Shown here piece by piece: positions 9,999-22,037 of a stretch of DNA of 64,000 nt. The notes beneath the pieces were generated by a model that ran no database searches, was not told the origin of the DNA, and worked only from the letters and a program-made list of their open reading frames with translations. Position numbers and translations under genes: made by a program. The first letter of the stretch is position 1. Each line of letters begins with the position of its first letter. Source of the DNA: an uncultured bacterium (GTDB lineage Bacteria; Chloroflexota; UBA5177; JANWHV01); assembly GCA_963827235.1 (NCBI GenBank), contig CAWHAE010000016.1, positions 640,001 through 704,000 on the forward strand, written 5' to 3'.

Positions 9999-10034
9999 GG
10001 GCCATGGGTCACAAGATGAGCGGCAATTAGGCCC
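9999..10034. promoter_or_regulatory. tandem putative DosR-type boxes
   Basis: GGGCC-atgg-GTCAC (9999) and CGGCA-atta-GGCCC (10021), 22 bp apart, upstream of the kinase/regulator pair. Confidence 0.45.
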
Positions 10035-10171
10035 TGAAAGCTCTGCGCCGGGCAGGTAACACATCCTGCAGACGGATCAGAAGAACCGACCACGACCGGC
10101 CCACGTCGAGACAGCCCGTCGCAATGCCGCCGTTCCGTGCCGCCGCGTGCGCGCCGGCCTCTGGAACGCTG

Positions 10172-11914
10172 CTACGCCTCGAAAGGCACGAAAGCAGTCA
10201 CGGTAGTACCCGCACCGGGCCTGCTCTGCAGGGAGAGCGTGCCACCCACCTCATCCGTGCGCACACGCATGTTGCGGATGCCGCGATGCTCGTCTCCACG
10301 CGGCGCTCGCGTGTCGAAACCCAGGCCGTCATCCTGCACGACCAGCGTGGCACCGGCTCCGTCGTAGGTGAGGCGAACCTCCACGCTCGACGCCGCGGCG
10401 TACTTGACCACGTTGGACAGCGCCTCGCGCGCAATCAACATAAGCATGTTGGCCTGATCGTCGGGGAACTCGTAGGGTTGACCCTCGAGGTAGAAGCGCG
10501 CTCGCAGCCCACATTGCCCGTCGATATCGCGGGTAAGGGCCGCGATACCGTCTGCCAGCAGACGGCCGTCGAGAGTGCGAGCGCGCAGACCCTGGATGTA
10601 TGTCCGAATGTCCGTGATAGTGCCCGACAGCCGGTCCGTCACTCCGGCCAGCCTGTCGCGCACGGGCTGATCGGCAACGTCCTCGGCAACGTCCTCAAGC
10701 TGCAGCGTTGCCGCGTAGATGTCCTGAATGATGCCGTCGTGCAGGTCGCGAGCGATCCGCTCGCGCTCGTGCAGCAGTGTCAGCTCGCCCAGCTGCGTGT
10801 AGAGCCGCGCATTCTCGATGGCGATGCCGGCGTGTGCTGCCAAGAGCTCGATCTGCCTCTGGTCCTCCTCCGAGAACTCCGGTCCGCCCACCTTGTCGGT
10901 CAGGTACAGGTCCCCGACTACCTGACCGTGAACCCGGATCGGCACGCCCAGCAGGCTCGTCATCACCGGGTGGTGCGGAGGAAAGCCCACGCGTCTCGGA
11001 TCCTTTCCAATGTTGGCGACGCGAAGCGATCGGCCAAGTCGAATGAGCACGCCGAGCAGGCCGTGACCGCGCGGCGTGCTGCCTATCCGTTCCCGTTCTT
11101 CTTCGGTGATGCCGGTTGTGATGAACTCGGTCAGATAGCCGTCCGGACCCACCACGCCAAGCGCCCCAAACTGGGCGCCGGCAATGCTCGCCGCGGCCGC
11201 CACGATCCGCTGCAACACCTGATCCAGGGAGAGCTCCGATGCCAGTGCCCTACTGGCATCGTCCAGCGCGATCATTCGCTCGCGCATGGCCTGGTCCTGC
11301 TGATGCACCAGGGCATTAGCGATGGCCTGGCCGGCCAGCTTCGCCAGCGCGCGTACCGATTCGGTCTCGGCCGAGGGTGGTCGCTCGGCATACAGCAGAA
11401 TGAGCGCTGCGACTAACATGTCGTCGCCAAAGAGCGCCACGGCACGAAGCGTGCCCGGGCGCCTCATTCCCGACAGCAACGGCGGCTCGAGATCGGGCTG
11501 CGAGGCCACGGGAATCTCCAGGAGATCGGCCGACTCGGCAGCCCGCTTTGCCACCACCTGGATGCTCTCATAGCCCTGGCGCTGCAGCCATCGCTCATCC
11601 AGGTCCCCGCTAGCGCCAGCACCCGCCGGCAAGAAATCACCGGCACCGCGCTCGTAGAGCAACACGAGAGAGGCGTCGGCGCCACCAACGGTCATCGCGT
11701 GGGAGGCAAGGCGGCCTACGAGAGTCGTCACGTCACGCGTCGCACAGAGATCCTCTGCGATGCGCCACGCGTGGAAAGTCATGCCGAACTGGCTATCGAT
11801 ATCTCGTGTCCGCACGTGACTATTCGGCCCGCCTGCCCAACGATGGTTGGCACATTCAGGTGTCTCGAGCCCTGCCGATGGGCAAGCACATTGCGAGAAC
11901 CTCGAATTCAGCAT
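10172..11914 (-). CDS. soluble GAF-GAF histidine kinase, DosS/DosT-like (true start probably ~11782-11815)
   Basis: GAF 'GAQFGALGV..GFPPHHPVMTSLLGVPI'; intact H-box 'ERERIARDLHDGIIQ'; 'EALSNVVKYA','DDGLGF'. Confidence 0.9.
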   Translation of the reverse strand: MLNSRFSQCACPSAGLETPECANHRWAGGPNSHVRTRDIDSQFGMTFHAWRIAEDLCATRDVTTLVGRLASHAMTVGGADASLVLLYERGAGDFLPAGAGASGDLDERWLQRQGYESIQVVAKRAAESADLLEIPVASQPDLEPPLLSGMRRPGTLRAVALFGDDMLVAALILLYAERPPSAETESVRALAKLAGQAIANALVHQQDQAMRERMIALDDASRALASELSLDQVLQRIVAAAASIAGAQFGALGVVGPDGYLTEFITTGITEEERERIGSTPRGHGLLGVLIRLGRSLRVANIGKDPRRVGFPPHHPVMTSLLGVPIRVHGQVVGDLYLTDKVGGPEFSEEDQRQIELLAAHAGIAIENARLYTQLGELTLLHERERIARDLHDGIIQDIYAATLQLEDVAEDVADQPVRDRLAGVTDRLSGTITDIRTYIQGLRARTLDGRLLADGIAALTRDIDGQCGLRARFYLEGQPYEFPDDQANMLMLIAREALSNVVKYAAASSVEVRLTYDGAGATLVVQDDGLGFDTRAPRGDEHRGIRNMRVRTDEVGGTLSLQSRPGAGTTVTAFVPFEA

Positions 11915-12559
11915 ACAGGGCCTTCACCTGCCGATCAAAGCTCGCAGCTGCGGAAGTCTGCCTCCGCAGTCGATCCAGAGGGCAGGCGCCGCGATTGGCC
12001 CGGTACACACCGTCGAGCTCTCGGCACGCCAGCCGCCCGGCTCGTTCGTTTCACGCTCGGCGAATAGCGGCTAAGGCCGTTTGTCCGCTACGAGTATGAC
12101 ATTCGTACATAGAATCCTGCGCAACTATCCTGCGTATCGCGGCCTGTTCGCAACTGGGAGTGGCACGACGGCAGGAGTAGGCTTAGCGTGGGTGGCGGCG
12201 ATGAGTGAGCGTCGTCCGCCGGCAAAGCCTTACCCTGTATCCCAGGCGCAGACCCAAGCGACAACTTTGCGAAGGGAGAGAAGCAGCGCGAGACCACCAA
12301 CCCGATCGAGCAGGAGTACTGCTCAGTCTGCCGGAACCGGGCAGCAGCGCCGTGATGCGCTCCAGGTAGCCGGCGAGCTTCATCCGCAGGGTGGAAGACC
12401 ACGCAGCACCTGCAGATATGCATCGCCGCAAGCCGGTGCCCGGGCACAGGACGCAGGGTTTCTGTCCCCGGCAGCGCGACTGCAGCTTGGGCAGTCGCGC
12501 TGCCGGGGACTGTCGTCTCGTCGCGAGATATGTCGGAGCGTTCGTGTTAGCATGGAGGC

Positions 12560-13663
12560 ATGCACCTAAAGCATCTGCCCACCTTTCCTCCTCTTCGTCT
12601 CGACTATCTGGAACGACTCACTGACGACACCGGCATCGTACAGCACGCTGTACACGCGGTACCCGACCGGCGCCATGGCTACTCTATCGACGACCAGGCG
12701 CGAGCGCTGATCGCCGTGCTCGCGTACGCAAGGCTCAGCGGTGCGACCGGCGCTCCGCCCACCGCGTACGTCTACGCGGCCTACCTGCGGCACGCGGCCA
12801 TCGCCTCGGGATGGTTCCACAACTTCCTGTCCTACGCGCGGGTCTGGGTCGACGAAAGAGGATCGGAGGACTGCTACGGCCGAGCGATGTGGGCACTGGG
12901 CTACACGCAACATTCCGGCTTAGCCGATGGACTGGTCGGCGCTGCCGCCGAGCTGTTCACGCTGCAGAGTAGCCCGCTCGAGTCGCTGCAGTTTCCCAGG
13001 TCGCAAGCGTTCGCCCTCTTTGGCCTGTATTACCGCCTGCGATCGGCGCCCGACGACCACTTGCTCTCATCCGCATTGCTGCTTGCCGACCGGCTTGCGG
13101 AGCAGTTCGAGACCCACGCGACCGAGGACTGGCTCTGGTTCGAGGACAGGCTTACCTACTGCAACGCCACGCTGCCGGCGGCGCTCCTGCTTGCCTACGA
13201 GCTGAGCAAGGATAGGCGCTATCTCTCAATCGGCGTCGAAGCGCTGCGCTGGCTAAGAGGCGTGCTGTTCGACGACAGCGGCGAGCTGCGACTGGTCGGA
13301 CAGGACGGCTGGTACCGCCGAGGCGGCGCCAAGGCCGCGTTCGACGAACAGTGCGTCGATGCTCAGGGAATGGTCGAGGCCGCCCTGATCGCGGAGCGAG
13401 TCACCGGCGACGAGCGCTGGCGCACGGACGCCCTGGCAGCGTTCTCCTGGTTTCTCGGCGCGAACGTACACCGCACCACAATGATCGACCCGGCGACCTG
13501 GGGATGCTACGACGGGCTGACACGTTCAGGTCTCAACCAAAACATGGGCGCGGAGTCGATCGTGTGCTATGCGCTTGCCTACCTCTCTTTGGTGGAAGCC
13601 GGAGTGCTGGCACTCGACGGTTCCGTGCGGCCACGACGGCTGTCCGACACCTCGCGGGCATGA
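12560..13663 (+). CDS. stand-alone homologue of the helical domain usually C-terminal to GT4 glycosyltransferases (putative glycoside hydrolase-like)
   Basis: 'LTDDTGIVQHA..GYSIDDQARAL..FHNFLSY..W.WFED.LTY.NA..FDEQ..GCYDGL..NQNMGAES'; RBS GGAGG. Confidence 0.7.
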   Translation: MHLKHLPTFPPLRLDYLERLTDDTGIVQHAVHAVPDRRHGYSIDDQARALIAVLAYARLSGATGAPPTAYVYAAYLRHAAIASGWFHNFLSYARVWVDERGSEDCYGRAMWALGYTQHSGLADGLVGAAAELFTLQSSPLESLQFPRSQAFALFGLYYRLRSAPDDHLLSSALLLADRLAEQFETHATEDWLWFEDRLTYCNATLPAALLLAYELSKDRRYLSIGVEALRWLRGVLFDDSGELRLVGQDGWYRRGGAKAAFDEQCVDAQGMVEAALIAERVTGDERWRTDALAAFSWFLGANVHRTTMIDPATWGCYDGLTRSGLNQNMGAESIVCYALAYLSLVEAGVLALDGSVRPRRLSDTSRA

Positions 13664-13829
13664 CAGGCGAGCGCCAGGGATGCGGCCAGCCGAACCGGCG
13701 GCCGGCCGGCCGCACCGATAGGTCTTGCCCCACTGCCGGCAGCAGCCGATCGGTGGTGCCTCGGCCCGCGCCGTCGAGCCTTGCCCCCGGCAGATCTGTC
13801 GACGACCCGGCGCAGAGGGCGCCATGTGC

Positions 13830-14993
13830 TCAGCTCTTCGGCGATCCGCATTGCCCGGGACAGCTGCTTTGCCCCGAGCTCGCCGCCAGGGAGATGCGCG
13901 CCGCTCCGATACACGCGTCGGCCATGCCGTAGTACACGTCGAGGTAGTCCTCGTGCTGGTCCACGGCGGTGGGGAATACGACGTCGGCCACAACTCCGGC
14001 TCGCTCCTCAGGCAGAGCCGGGACGAGAGTCGGCTCCGCCGATCGGTAGACGATCCGCCTCGGATCGGCGGCGTCAAGCACCACGGCACCGGCCACGTAT
14101 CGCAGCCCGGGCAGCATGCCGGGTCGCGCACCAGGCCCGATCCCGTGATAAATCGTGAACCACCCTTCCGGGAGTCTGATCGGCGGCGTGCCGCCGCCAA
14201 TGCGTATCGACTCCCAAGGCTGGTACGGAAGCAGCAGCTCGTGGTGATGGGAGAAAGTCGGCGAAGCTACGGCGCCTTTCGCACCTGGCGATACCCAGTC
14301 TGCTTCGTCGAGTGGGCAGTACGACAGCCACACTGTCCAGAAATCACGTCCGACAAACGGAGGAAGCGGCGCCGGCTGGGGATGTTCGAGCGCATCGCCG
14401 ATCCACACCTCATACATCGGCCGGTGCATGAGCACCAGAGAGAGGCGACCATCCGGGCCGATCAGGGGCTCGGGAAAGAGCATGGCATCCTTGTTGCCGT
14501 ATTGGTTCATGTCGGCATCGTGGTGCGGAGCGAGCTTGATGAGCCCGACCCTCTTCCACTCGTAGAGATCGTGGGAGATCGCGAGCGCTGCTCGTGGCCC
14601 TGACGAGCTATAGGCCACGTAGGCCATGACGTAGACGCCGAGAGCCTCTACGTAGGTCACACGTGCATCCTCGCAGCCGCCGCCGGAGCGCAGGTTCTTT
14701 TCATACGGCTCGAGCGGCGCGAGCGCGATGCCCAGGCGTTCAACCCCGGCAGGCATGCCCCGGTCGTCGTAGCGGACCCGTGCGATACCGATGCGCGAAT
14801 AGTTGCCCGGCGCCACCAGGCGAGGAAACAGCAAGTAGTCCCCATTCTTCGCCCGGGCGCCTCCTGGGTTGAGCACGCCGCCGTCCTCGAGATCGTTTCC
14901 CGCCTCAGCCCGCATCACGATTGCCAGACGTTGGAGCGCGTATGCCTGGCCGGTCGCCGCGCGCATGGAAATCCCCTCGGTCAACTCGTGCAT
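13830..14993 (-). CDS. GH130/DUF377-family glycosidase or phosphorylase
   Basis: 'GVLNPG','GCEDARVT','NKDAMLFP','HRP','IGGGTPP','YHG','VVFPT','YYGMAD'. Confidence 0.85.
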   Translation of the reverse strand: MHELTEGISMRAATGQAYALQRLAIVMRAEAGNDLEDGGVLNPGGARAKNGDYLLFPRLVAPGNYSRIGIARVRYDDRGMPAGVERLGIALAPLEPYEKNLRSGGGCEDARVTYVEALGVYVMAYVAYSSSGPRAALAISHDLYEWKRVGLIKLAPHHDADMNQYGNKDAMLFPEPLIGPDGRLSLVLMHRPMYEVWIGDALEHPQPAPLPPFVGRDFWTVWLSYCPLDEADWVSPGAKGAVASPTFSHHHELLLPYQPWESIRIGGGTPPIRLPEGWFTIYHGIGPGARPGMLPGLRYVAGAVVLDAADPRRIVYRSAEPTLVPALPEERAGVVADVVFPTAVDQHEDYLDVYYGMADACIGAARISLAASSGQSSCPGQCGSPKS

Positions 14994-15247
14994 GACTAGG
15001 ACTGTTTCTGTTGATTGACAACCGGCCGTCTTCGCCGCTCATCCCATGTTAAGCGCAAATTGTTCATAGAAAAACCCCCATAAACGCCCAGATCTCGCGG
15101 TCTGGCACGGAAGTGCAGGTGAAGAACCGCCTTGGGAACACTACTGCGCGTGCTGGCTCGCACGTGGCTGCTGAGAGCCGTCACCGGCTCCCAGCAGCTT
15201 CGCGGGTCACCGCCAATCTGCTTCCCGTTAGCGGGCGTAGCCCATTC

Positions 15248-16891
<1,644 letters not shown>

Positions 16892-17038
16892 AGCGTCGTC
16901 TCCCTCTCTTCAACCGTACCGGTGGAAATGGGTGGACCCCAGCACGATCAAGCATAGCGCCATCCCAGCAGAGAATGTCACGGAGCTGGCTTCGCGGTCC
17001 TCCTAGACCACGACTCGAGCGCACGCCGGCAACGCGAG

Positions 17039-17707
17039 CTAGCGATCGCTCAGCGAAGCGGCTCGGAGCAGTCGCCGCACCTCGTCGTCCTCGACCTGCG
17101 TGAAGTCCTCATACCAATCGCCCACTGCGTCAAAGGGATCGGGCCTGTACGCGCAGATCACTTCGTCTGCACACTTCTCGAGCAGTTCGCAGGCGGCCAG
17201 GGATCCCACCGGCGCGGCAAGCACCAGCCACGCCGGATCGTGAGCTCGGAGGGAGAGGGCCGCTGCCCGCATGGTGGCGCCGGTAGCCAGCCCGTCGTCG
17301 ACGACTATGGTGATCTGGCTCCTGACCAGCAGAGACGGCAAGCCCAGGCGGTACGACTCCTCGCGTCGCGCAAGCTCGGCGCGAGCACTGCCGACCGCCG
17401 CCGAGATCGTCGCTTCGGGCAAGCTAAGCTGCTCGAGCAGCCCCTCATTCCACACGATGGCGCCACCTGAGGCGATTGCTCCCAGCGCAAGCTCGGGGTT
17501 CCAGGGCGCGCCGACCTTGCGCACGAGGCAGATATCGAGAGGGATGGCCAGCTCGCGAGCCACTTCCCATGCCACGGGCACGCCACCACGTGGCAGCCCG
17601 AGCACGACCGCCCCGCGGTGGCCGGCATACTGCTTTAGCCGCGCGGCCAGCACAATACCCGCTGCATTGCGATTCGCGAACGGCAAGGCGCTGCCGACAC
17701 GCGTCAT
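17039..17707 (-). CDS. phosphoribosyltransferase-family protein (Rv0571c-like)
   Basis: 'LGLPRGGVPVA','VRKVGAP.NPELALGA','VVDDGLATGATM','AVG.WYEDFTQV.DDEV'. Confidence 0.9.
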   Translation of the reverse strand: MTRVGSALPFANRNAAGIVLAARLKQYAGHRGAVVLGLPRGGVPVAWEVARELAIPLDICLVRKVGAPWNPELALGAIASGGAIVWNEGLLEQLSLPEATISAAVGSARAELARREESYRLGLPSLLVRSQITIVVDDGLATGATMRAAALSLRAHDPAWLVLAAPVGSLAACELLEKCADEVICAYRPDPFDAVGDWYEDFTQVEDDEVRRLLRAASLSDR

Positions 17708-17851
17708 GCCTCAGCCAGGCGTGGCTCGAAACAACCGCGCGCCGATCGGACGCAGGTTGCAGGCTAGAGCCAGCGTCACGCCCGACCTAATCGTACCACG
17801 TCGTGCCCCGTGTTCGTCGAAACCGATAGCCCGCGGGAGCCAACGATCCGG

Positions 17852-18313
17852 TCAGTTGAGGTCTCTGGACCGCTCGACGACCAGATGGGCCCACTCGTCG
17901 GCTTTGAGCTCTTCTCCGATATCAATCCGGCCCTCCCTGCTCGAGACAACGAAGCTCATCGGACCGGCGACCAGAACCGCTCCCATGGCTCGCATCCGAC
18001 GCGCGATACGATGGGCAGCGGATCCGAGAATCAGCCATTGGGCGCGATTGCGCGTATCGAACACCGCAACGTGCTTCCCCAGTAAACCACTCGGCGGCAC
18101 GTTCTCCAGGAATTCCTCGATCGCCGGCGTGAGACCGTGACCGTCGTCCGGCGCACCGACCACCAACAGGTCGGCGCGAGCCATTGCCTCCACGGTCAGA
18201 TCGTCGATCTGCACGGTCGCTGCGTCACCGTGCTCCCTGAGCTTCTCCACTATCTCGTTTGCAAGCTGCTCCGTATGGCTGAAACGTGAATCGTATAGAA
18301 CCAGAGTGTTCAC
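17852..18313 (-). CDS. flavodoxin-like protein
   Basis: 'LVLYDSRFSHTEQLA','DLLVVGAP','VAVFDTR','GSAA'; RBS GGAGG before GTG. Confidence 0.75.
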   Translation of the reverse strand: MNTLVLYDSRFSHTEQLANEIVEKLREHGDAATVQIDDLTVEAMARADLLVVGAPDDGHGLTPAIEEFLENVPPSGLLGKHVAVFDTRNRAQWLILGSAAHRIARRMRAMGAVLVAGPMSFVVSSREGRIDIGEELKADEWAHLVVERSRDLN

Positions 18314-18584
18314 CGTTGAACCTCCACGGCGGTAGCGACATCATTGTCCCGCCTGTGATCTCTTCAGCCGCGTTCTCGCGGTCGCCCTCCCTACTATTCT
18401 CCTCCGGCCTCTAAATGCGAGCAAGAGCCAAATATACTCATAGCCTATCCGGCCGATCCGGCTTTCGGTGCGTCCAGGCGAGGTGAGCGCCTGGACGAGT
18501 GGTCGAGGGCGTGGCATACTCTTCACTACTACAGTGGGATCGCACAATAGTTGTTGCAGTCAAGGATGCAAGGTGAGCGGGCCC

Positions 18585-19031
18585 ATGCCGGTATCTGACG
18601 CGGTCGACGCGCTCGGCCTTGCCGGGTGGCTTCTCAAGTTTGCCCGCATCCTGGATCAACAGGTGCGGCAGATCCGGCCGGAGGACGGGATAAACCTCGC
18701 GGAGCTCGGCGTGCTCGGTGCCGTGGCCGCCGGTAGCAACACTCCGTCGGCCGTCGCGCGCGCCGTGCACCTGGATCCGGCCAGGATCACTCATATCTGC
18801 GATCGCCTGGTTGCGCTCGGCTATCTCCGTCGAGAGCTCGACCAGATCGACAGGCGCCGCTGGCGCATGTACCTGACAGCATCCGGCGAGAAGCGAGCCG
18901 ACGATGGGCGATCGGACGTCGATTGCTCAATGCGTCGACTGCTGGTCGGCCTCACGCAGGAAGAGGTCGACGCCATGCTGCGCGCGCTCGAGGGCATCCG
19001 GCGCGTGGTCGTGGCCCACGAGGAATCCTGA
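18585..19031 (+). CDS. MarR-family transcriptional regulator
   Basis: 'TPSAVARAVHLDPARITHICDRLVALGYLRRELDQIDRR...YLTASG'. Confidence 0.85.
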   Translation: MPVSDAVDALGLAGWLLKFARILDQQVRQIRPEDGINLAELGVLGAVAAGSNTPSAVARAVHLDPARITHICDRLVALGYLRRELDQIDRRRWRMYLTASGEKRADDGRSDVDCSMRRLLVGLTQEEVDAMLRALEGIRRVVVAHEES

Positions 19032-19355
19032 GTCGAGGTAGGGCCGCCTTCGCCATAGATAGCCGTGTTCTACAGAACGTCCTGGCGACTTCGGTTGCAA
19101 CCGTCTGTCGCTTCGGCCCAGTACTGAGGAGGGCGCGGCCTACGGCAGAGGTACGCGTCTGGCTAACATCCTCGCCGGACTTCGCGCCGCTGCGTCACGA
19201 CCGCTCGCGCAAACTGCGGTCTGGTGCCTGTGCGCGGCTCGAGATTGCTACAATGCTACTGGATTGGCACTGCGCCGGGGCGACGCAGTTGAGATGAGCT
19301 AGCGCAGGTAACCCAGACCTCAAGGTGTGACACAACGGCAGGTGGAGACCGGGAC

Positions 19356-19835
19356 ATGTTGGCTACAGAAATGAATCGTACCACGTATTCGTTTTTCTCA
19401 GAGATGACGCCGGCGCAGCAGAGAGTTCTCGAGGAGAGCGGCCAGCCGGTGCAGTTCCCAGGCGGGTGCACGATCGGGCGTGCTGGGGAGCCCGCTTCCC
19501 GTTTCTACATCATCGCGGGCGGCAGCGTGAGACTGCAGGCGTTCGTCTCGGAACGCGGGCCGGTCACGATCGAAGTAGTCTCCGCGGGCGAGCCGTTCGC
19601 TTGGTCGTCTCTCGTGCCGCCGTACCGCCTGCACTACGACATCGTAGCACTAGAGCCCGTAAGCGCCATTGCCTTCGACCCCGCGAGAATCCGCGGCCTC
19701 TGCGCATCGGATCCCGACCTCGGCTGCAGATTCAATGCCAAGCTCGCGGCGCTGATCGGCTCCAGGGTCCAGGCAACTCGCCTGCAGCTTATCGGCACCT
19801 TCATCGGCGACCCGAAAGGCAGGGGCTGGGTATAG
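19356..19835 (+). CDS. stand-alone cyclic-nucleotide-binding (Crp-like effector) domain protein
   Basis: 'GEPASRFYII..GSVRL..GE.FAWSSLVPPY..CASDPDLG..ATRLQL'; no HTH. Confidence 0.8.
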   Translation: MLATEMNRTTYSFFSEMTPAQQRVLEESGQPVQFPGGCTIGRAGEPASRFYIIAGGSVRLQAFVSERGPVTIEVVSAGEPFAWSSLVPPYRLHYDIVALEPVSAIAFDPARIRGLCASDPDLGCRFNAKLAALIGSRVQATRLQLIGTFIGDPKGRGWV

Positions 19836-19959
19836 CCCTTGGCCTCGTTGCCCGGTTATCGGACGACAATTCCCACCTGGCTCCGGTATGTGCGCTGTCG
19901 CCGGCGAAGAGGCGCGCGTCCCGGCCGGTCTACATCGCGTCAGGCATGCTGCCTGCTCC

Positions 19960-21291
19960 TCACGCCGTCGGGAGTGTCACCGTGAAGACGGCTCCGTGAG
20001 GCGCGGCATTCGCCGCCTTGATCTGCCCGCCGTGGGCCTGCGCAATCCAGCGCCCGATGGCCAGACCCAGGCCGCCCCCCTCGATGCGCCGATCCCGAGC
20101 AGCCCGGTAGAAGCGCTCGAAGAGCTGAGGTAGATCGTCGGGATCGATGCCCCGTCCGGTGTCTTCTACCTGGAGCGTCGCCTTGCCGCCGTGGCGGCTC
20201 AGCCTCACGGAGATGCAGCCACCCGCCGGCGTGTGCTTCAGGGCATTATCGAGAAGGATGAGCAGCAGCTGGCGCAGTCGAACCGGGTCCCCGATGAGCG
20301 GCAAGGTATCCGGCGCCTCGAGGACCAGGCGTACTTCACGATCCTCGGCAAGCAGCTCGATGCCGGAGACGGCGGTCGCTACCAGCTCCGCCAGATCGAT
20401 TGGCCGGGGCTCGAGGCTCATGGCTCCGCTGTCCGCATTGGCGAGCAGCGCCAAGTCGTCGACCAGCCTCGCCAGGTGCACACTCTCGGCCAGCGCCTGC
20501 TCGAGCGAGGACTGTTGTTCGGATATCTCAGAGCTCTCAAGGCCGAGCTCAGCCGCGGTACGCAGAATCGCCACCGGCGTGCGAAGCTCGTGCGCGGCGT
20601 CGGCCACGAAGTCGCGCTGGCGACGCAGCGCACGCCGTATTGGCTGCAGCGCCCGGCCCACGACCAGGAACGTTATGGCCGCCGAAGCAAGCACGCCGAC
20701 GGCGCTGGCCATCAGAAGCTGGCGCAGCACGTCGTTCACGCTGTCGTCATACTGGCGCATCGAGACGCCGAACTGGGCCACACCAACGGTCGCACCCTCG
20801 TCGGCCAGCACCGTGGTCAGGATCAGGAAACGCGCGCCCCCCGGAGACTTACAGGTGGTGTACTGTTGCCTGTGCGTGGCGAGCACCTCGCGAGCAGCCG
20901 TGGGATCGGGCAGCTTGCCGTTGAACAGCGTGGTCGCGGTCCCCACGAGTTGCAGTCGCGGGTTGGCAACCGTGATGAAGACGCCGCCCAGGGTCAGCTC
21001 GCTCTCTGTCGCCTCCCTCAGGCGGTCGTGGGAGTCCGCGTCGGGCCGCACCGACTCCGCCAGCTGCGGCGCGTTGATCGCTGCCCTCGTGGCCAGTGTG
21101 TCGCGCAGAGACTGTTCCATGGCGGAGCGCGTCGTAACGAACACGATAGCCAGCATGACCACGACGAGCGCCACCAGGGAACCGACGGTGATCAGTGCCA
21201 GCCGCCGGCTCACGCCACCAATGATCGCCCTGTCGGGATCGGCGAGATGGCGATGCTGCGCCGCGGGCTGAGCACCCATCCGCTTACTCAC
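19960..21291 (-). CDS. membrane sensor histidine kinase (short linker, no full HAMP)
   Basis: Two TM helices; 'FVADAAHELRTP','LLDNALKHT','DTGRGI','GGGLGLAI'. Confidence 0.92.
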   Translation of the reverse strand: MSKRMGAQPAAQHRHLADPDRAIIGGVSRRLALITVGSLVALVVVMLAIVFVTTRSAMEQSLRDTLATRAAINAPQLAESVRPDADSHDRLREATESELTLGGVFITVANPRLQLVGTATTLFNGKLPDPTAAREVLATHRQQYTTCKSPGGARFLILTTVLADEGATVGVAQFGVSMRQYDDSVNDVLRQLLMASAVGVLASAAITFLVVGRALQPIRRALRRQRDFVADAAHELRTPVAILRTAAELGLESSEISEQQSSLEQALAESVHLARLVDDLALLANADSGAMSLEPRPIDLAELVATAVSGIELLAEDREVRLVLEAPDTLPLIGDPVRLRQLLLILLDNALKHTPAGGCISVRLSRHGGKATLQVEDTGRGIDPDDLPQLFERFYRAARDRRIEGGGLGLAIGRWIAQAHGGQIKAANAAPHGAVFTVTLPTA

Positions 21292-21298
21292 TCTCGCG

Positions 21299-21967
21299 TC
21301 AGCCCTTGATCAGGTAACCGACGCCGCGAACCGTCTGGATGAGCTGGGTCTCGAATCCCTGGTCCACTTCCTTGCGCAGGCGGAGAATGGCGGCGTCGAC
21401 CACATTCGTGAACGCCTCGTAACCATAGTCCCAGACCCGCTCCAGAATCATCGTCCTGCTGCGCACCCGGCCGGGATTTCGCATAAGGTATTCCAGAAGC
21501 GCGTATTCGCGGGGAGCCAGGTTCAGTTCGCGACCTCCGCGAGTCACCAGATGCGAGACCCGGTCCAGCACAAGATCCGCCACGACCAGCTTGTCCTCCT
21601 CCAGCATGCCGCCACGGCGGGTTATCGCGCGAAGCCGCGCCAGGAGCTCCGCGAAGGCAAACGGCTTGCCGAGAAAGTCGTCCGCTCCGGCGTTGAAGCC
21701 CTCCAGCCGCTGATGAAGCGCGTTTCTCGCGGTGAGCATCAGCAGCGGCGTGGTCGATCCATTCTCGCGAAGTCTTCGCGCTACCTCAAGGCCGTCCATG
21801 CCAGGCAGCGTCAGATCCAGAATTATCGCGTCGTAGGCGTCGCCCTCGGCGTATTCCAATCCTTGCCGGCCGTCGGCGACGTGATCGACGACATGCCCTT
21901 CGCCCCTCAGGCCCTTGCGCAACAGGCCTGCCAGGCGCTCGTCGTCTTCAACAATCAGGAGGTGCAT
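21299..21967 (-). CDS. OmpR-family response regulator (CusR/CzcR-like)
   Basis: 'LLIVEDD','ILDLTLPGMDG','GADDFLGKPF','REYALLEYL','TVRGVGY'. Confidence 0.93.
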   Translation of the reverse strand: MHLLIVEDDERLAGLLRKGLRGEGHVVDHVADGRQGLEYAEGDAYDAIILDLTLPGMDGLEVARRLRENGSTTPLLMLTARNALHQRLEGFNAGADDFLGKPFAFAELLARLRAITRRGGMLEEDKLVVADLVLDRVSHLVTRGGRELNLAPREYALLEYLMRNPGRVRSRTMILERVWDYGYEAFTNVVDAAILRLRKEVDQGFETQLIQTVRGVGYLIKG

Positions 21968-22037
21968 TGGTATGCTCCCGGCGCAATGCCAGCGTAGAAT
22001 TCATGGTTGCTTATGGCATCCAAGAGACGCTGGTATC

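Noticed and set aside
10124-11416. 430-aa + strand ORF and similar overlapping ORFs (37118-38446, 40246-41442, 6605-7762)
   Set aside because: All are antisense to well-supported genes
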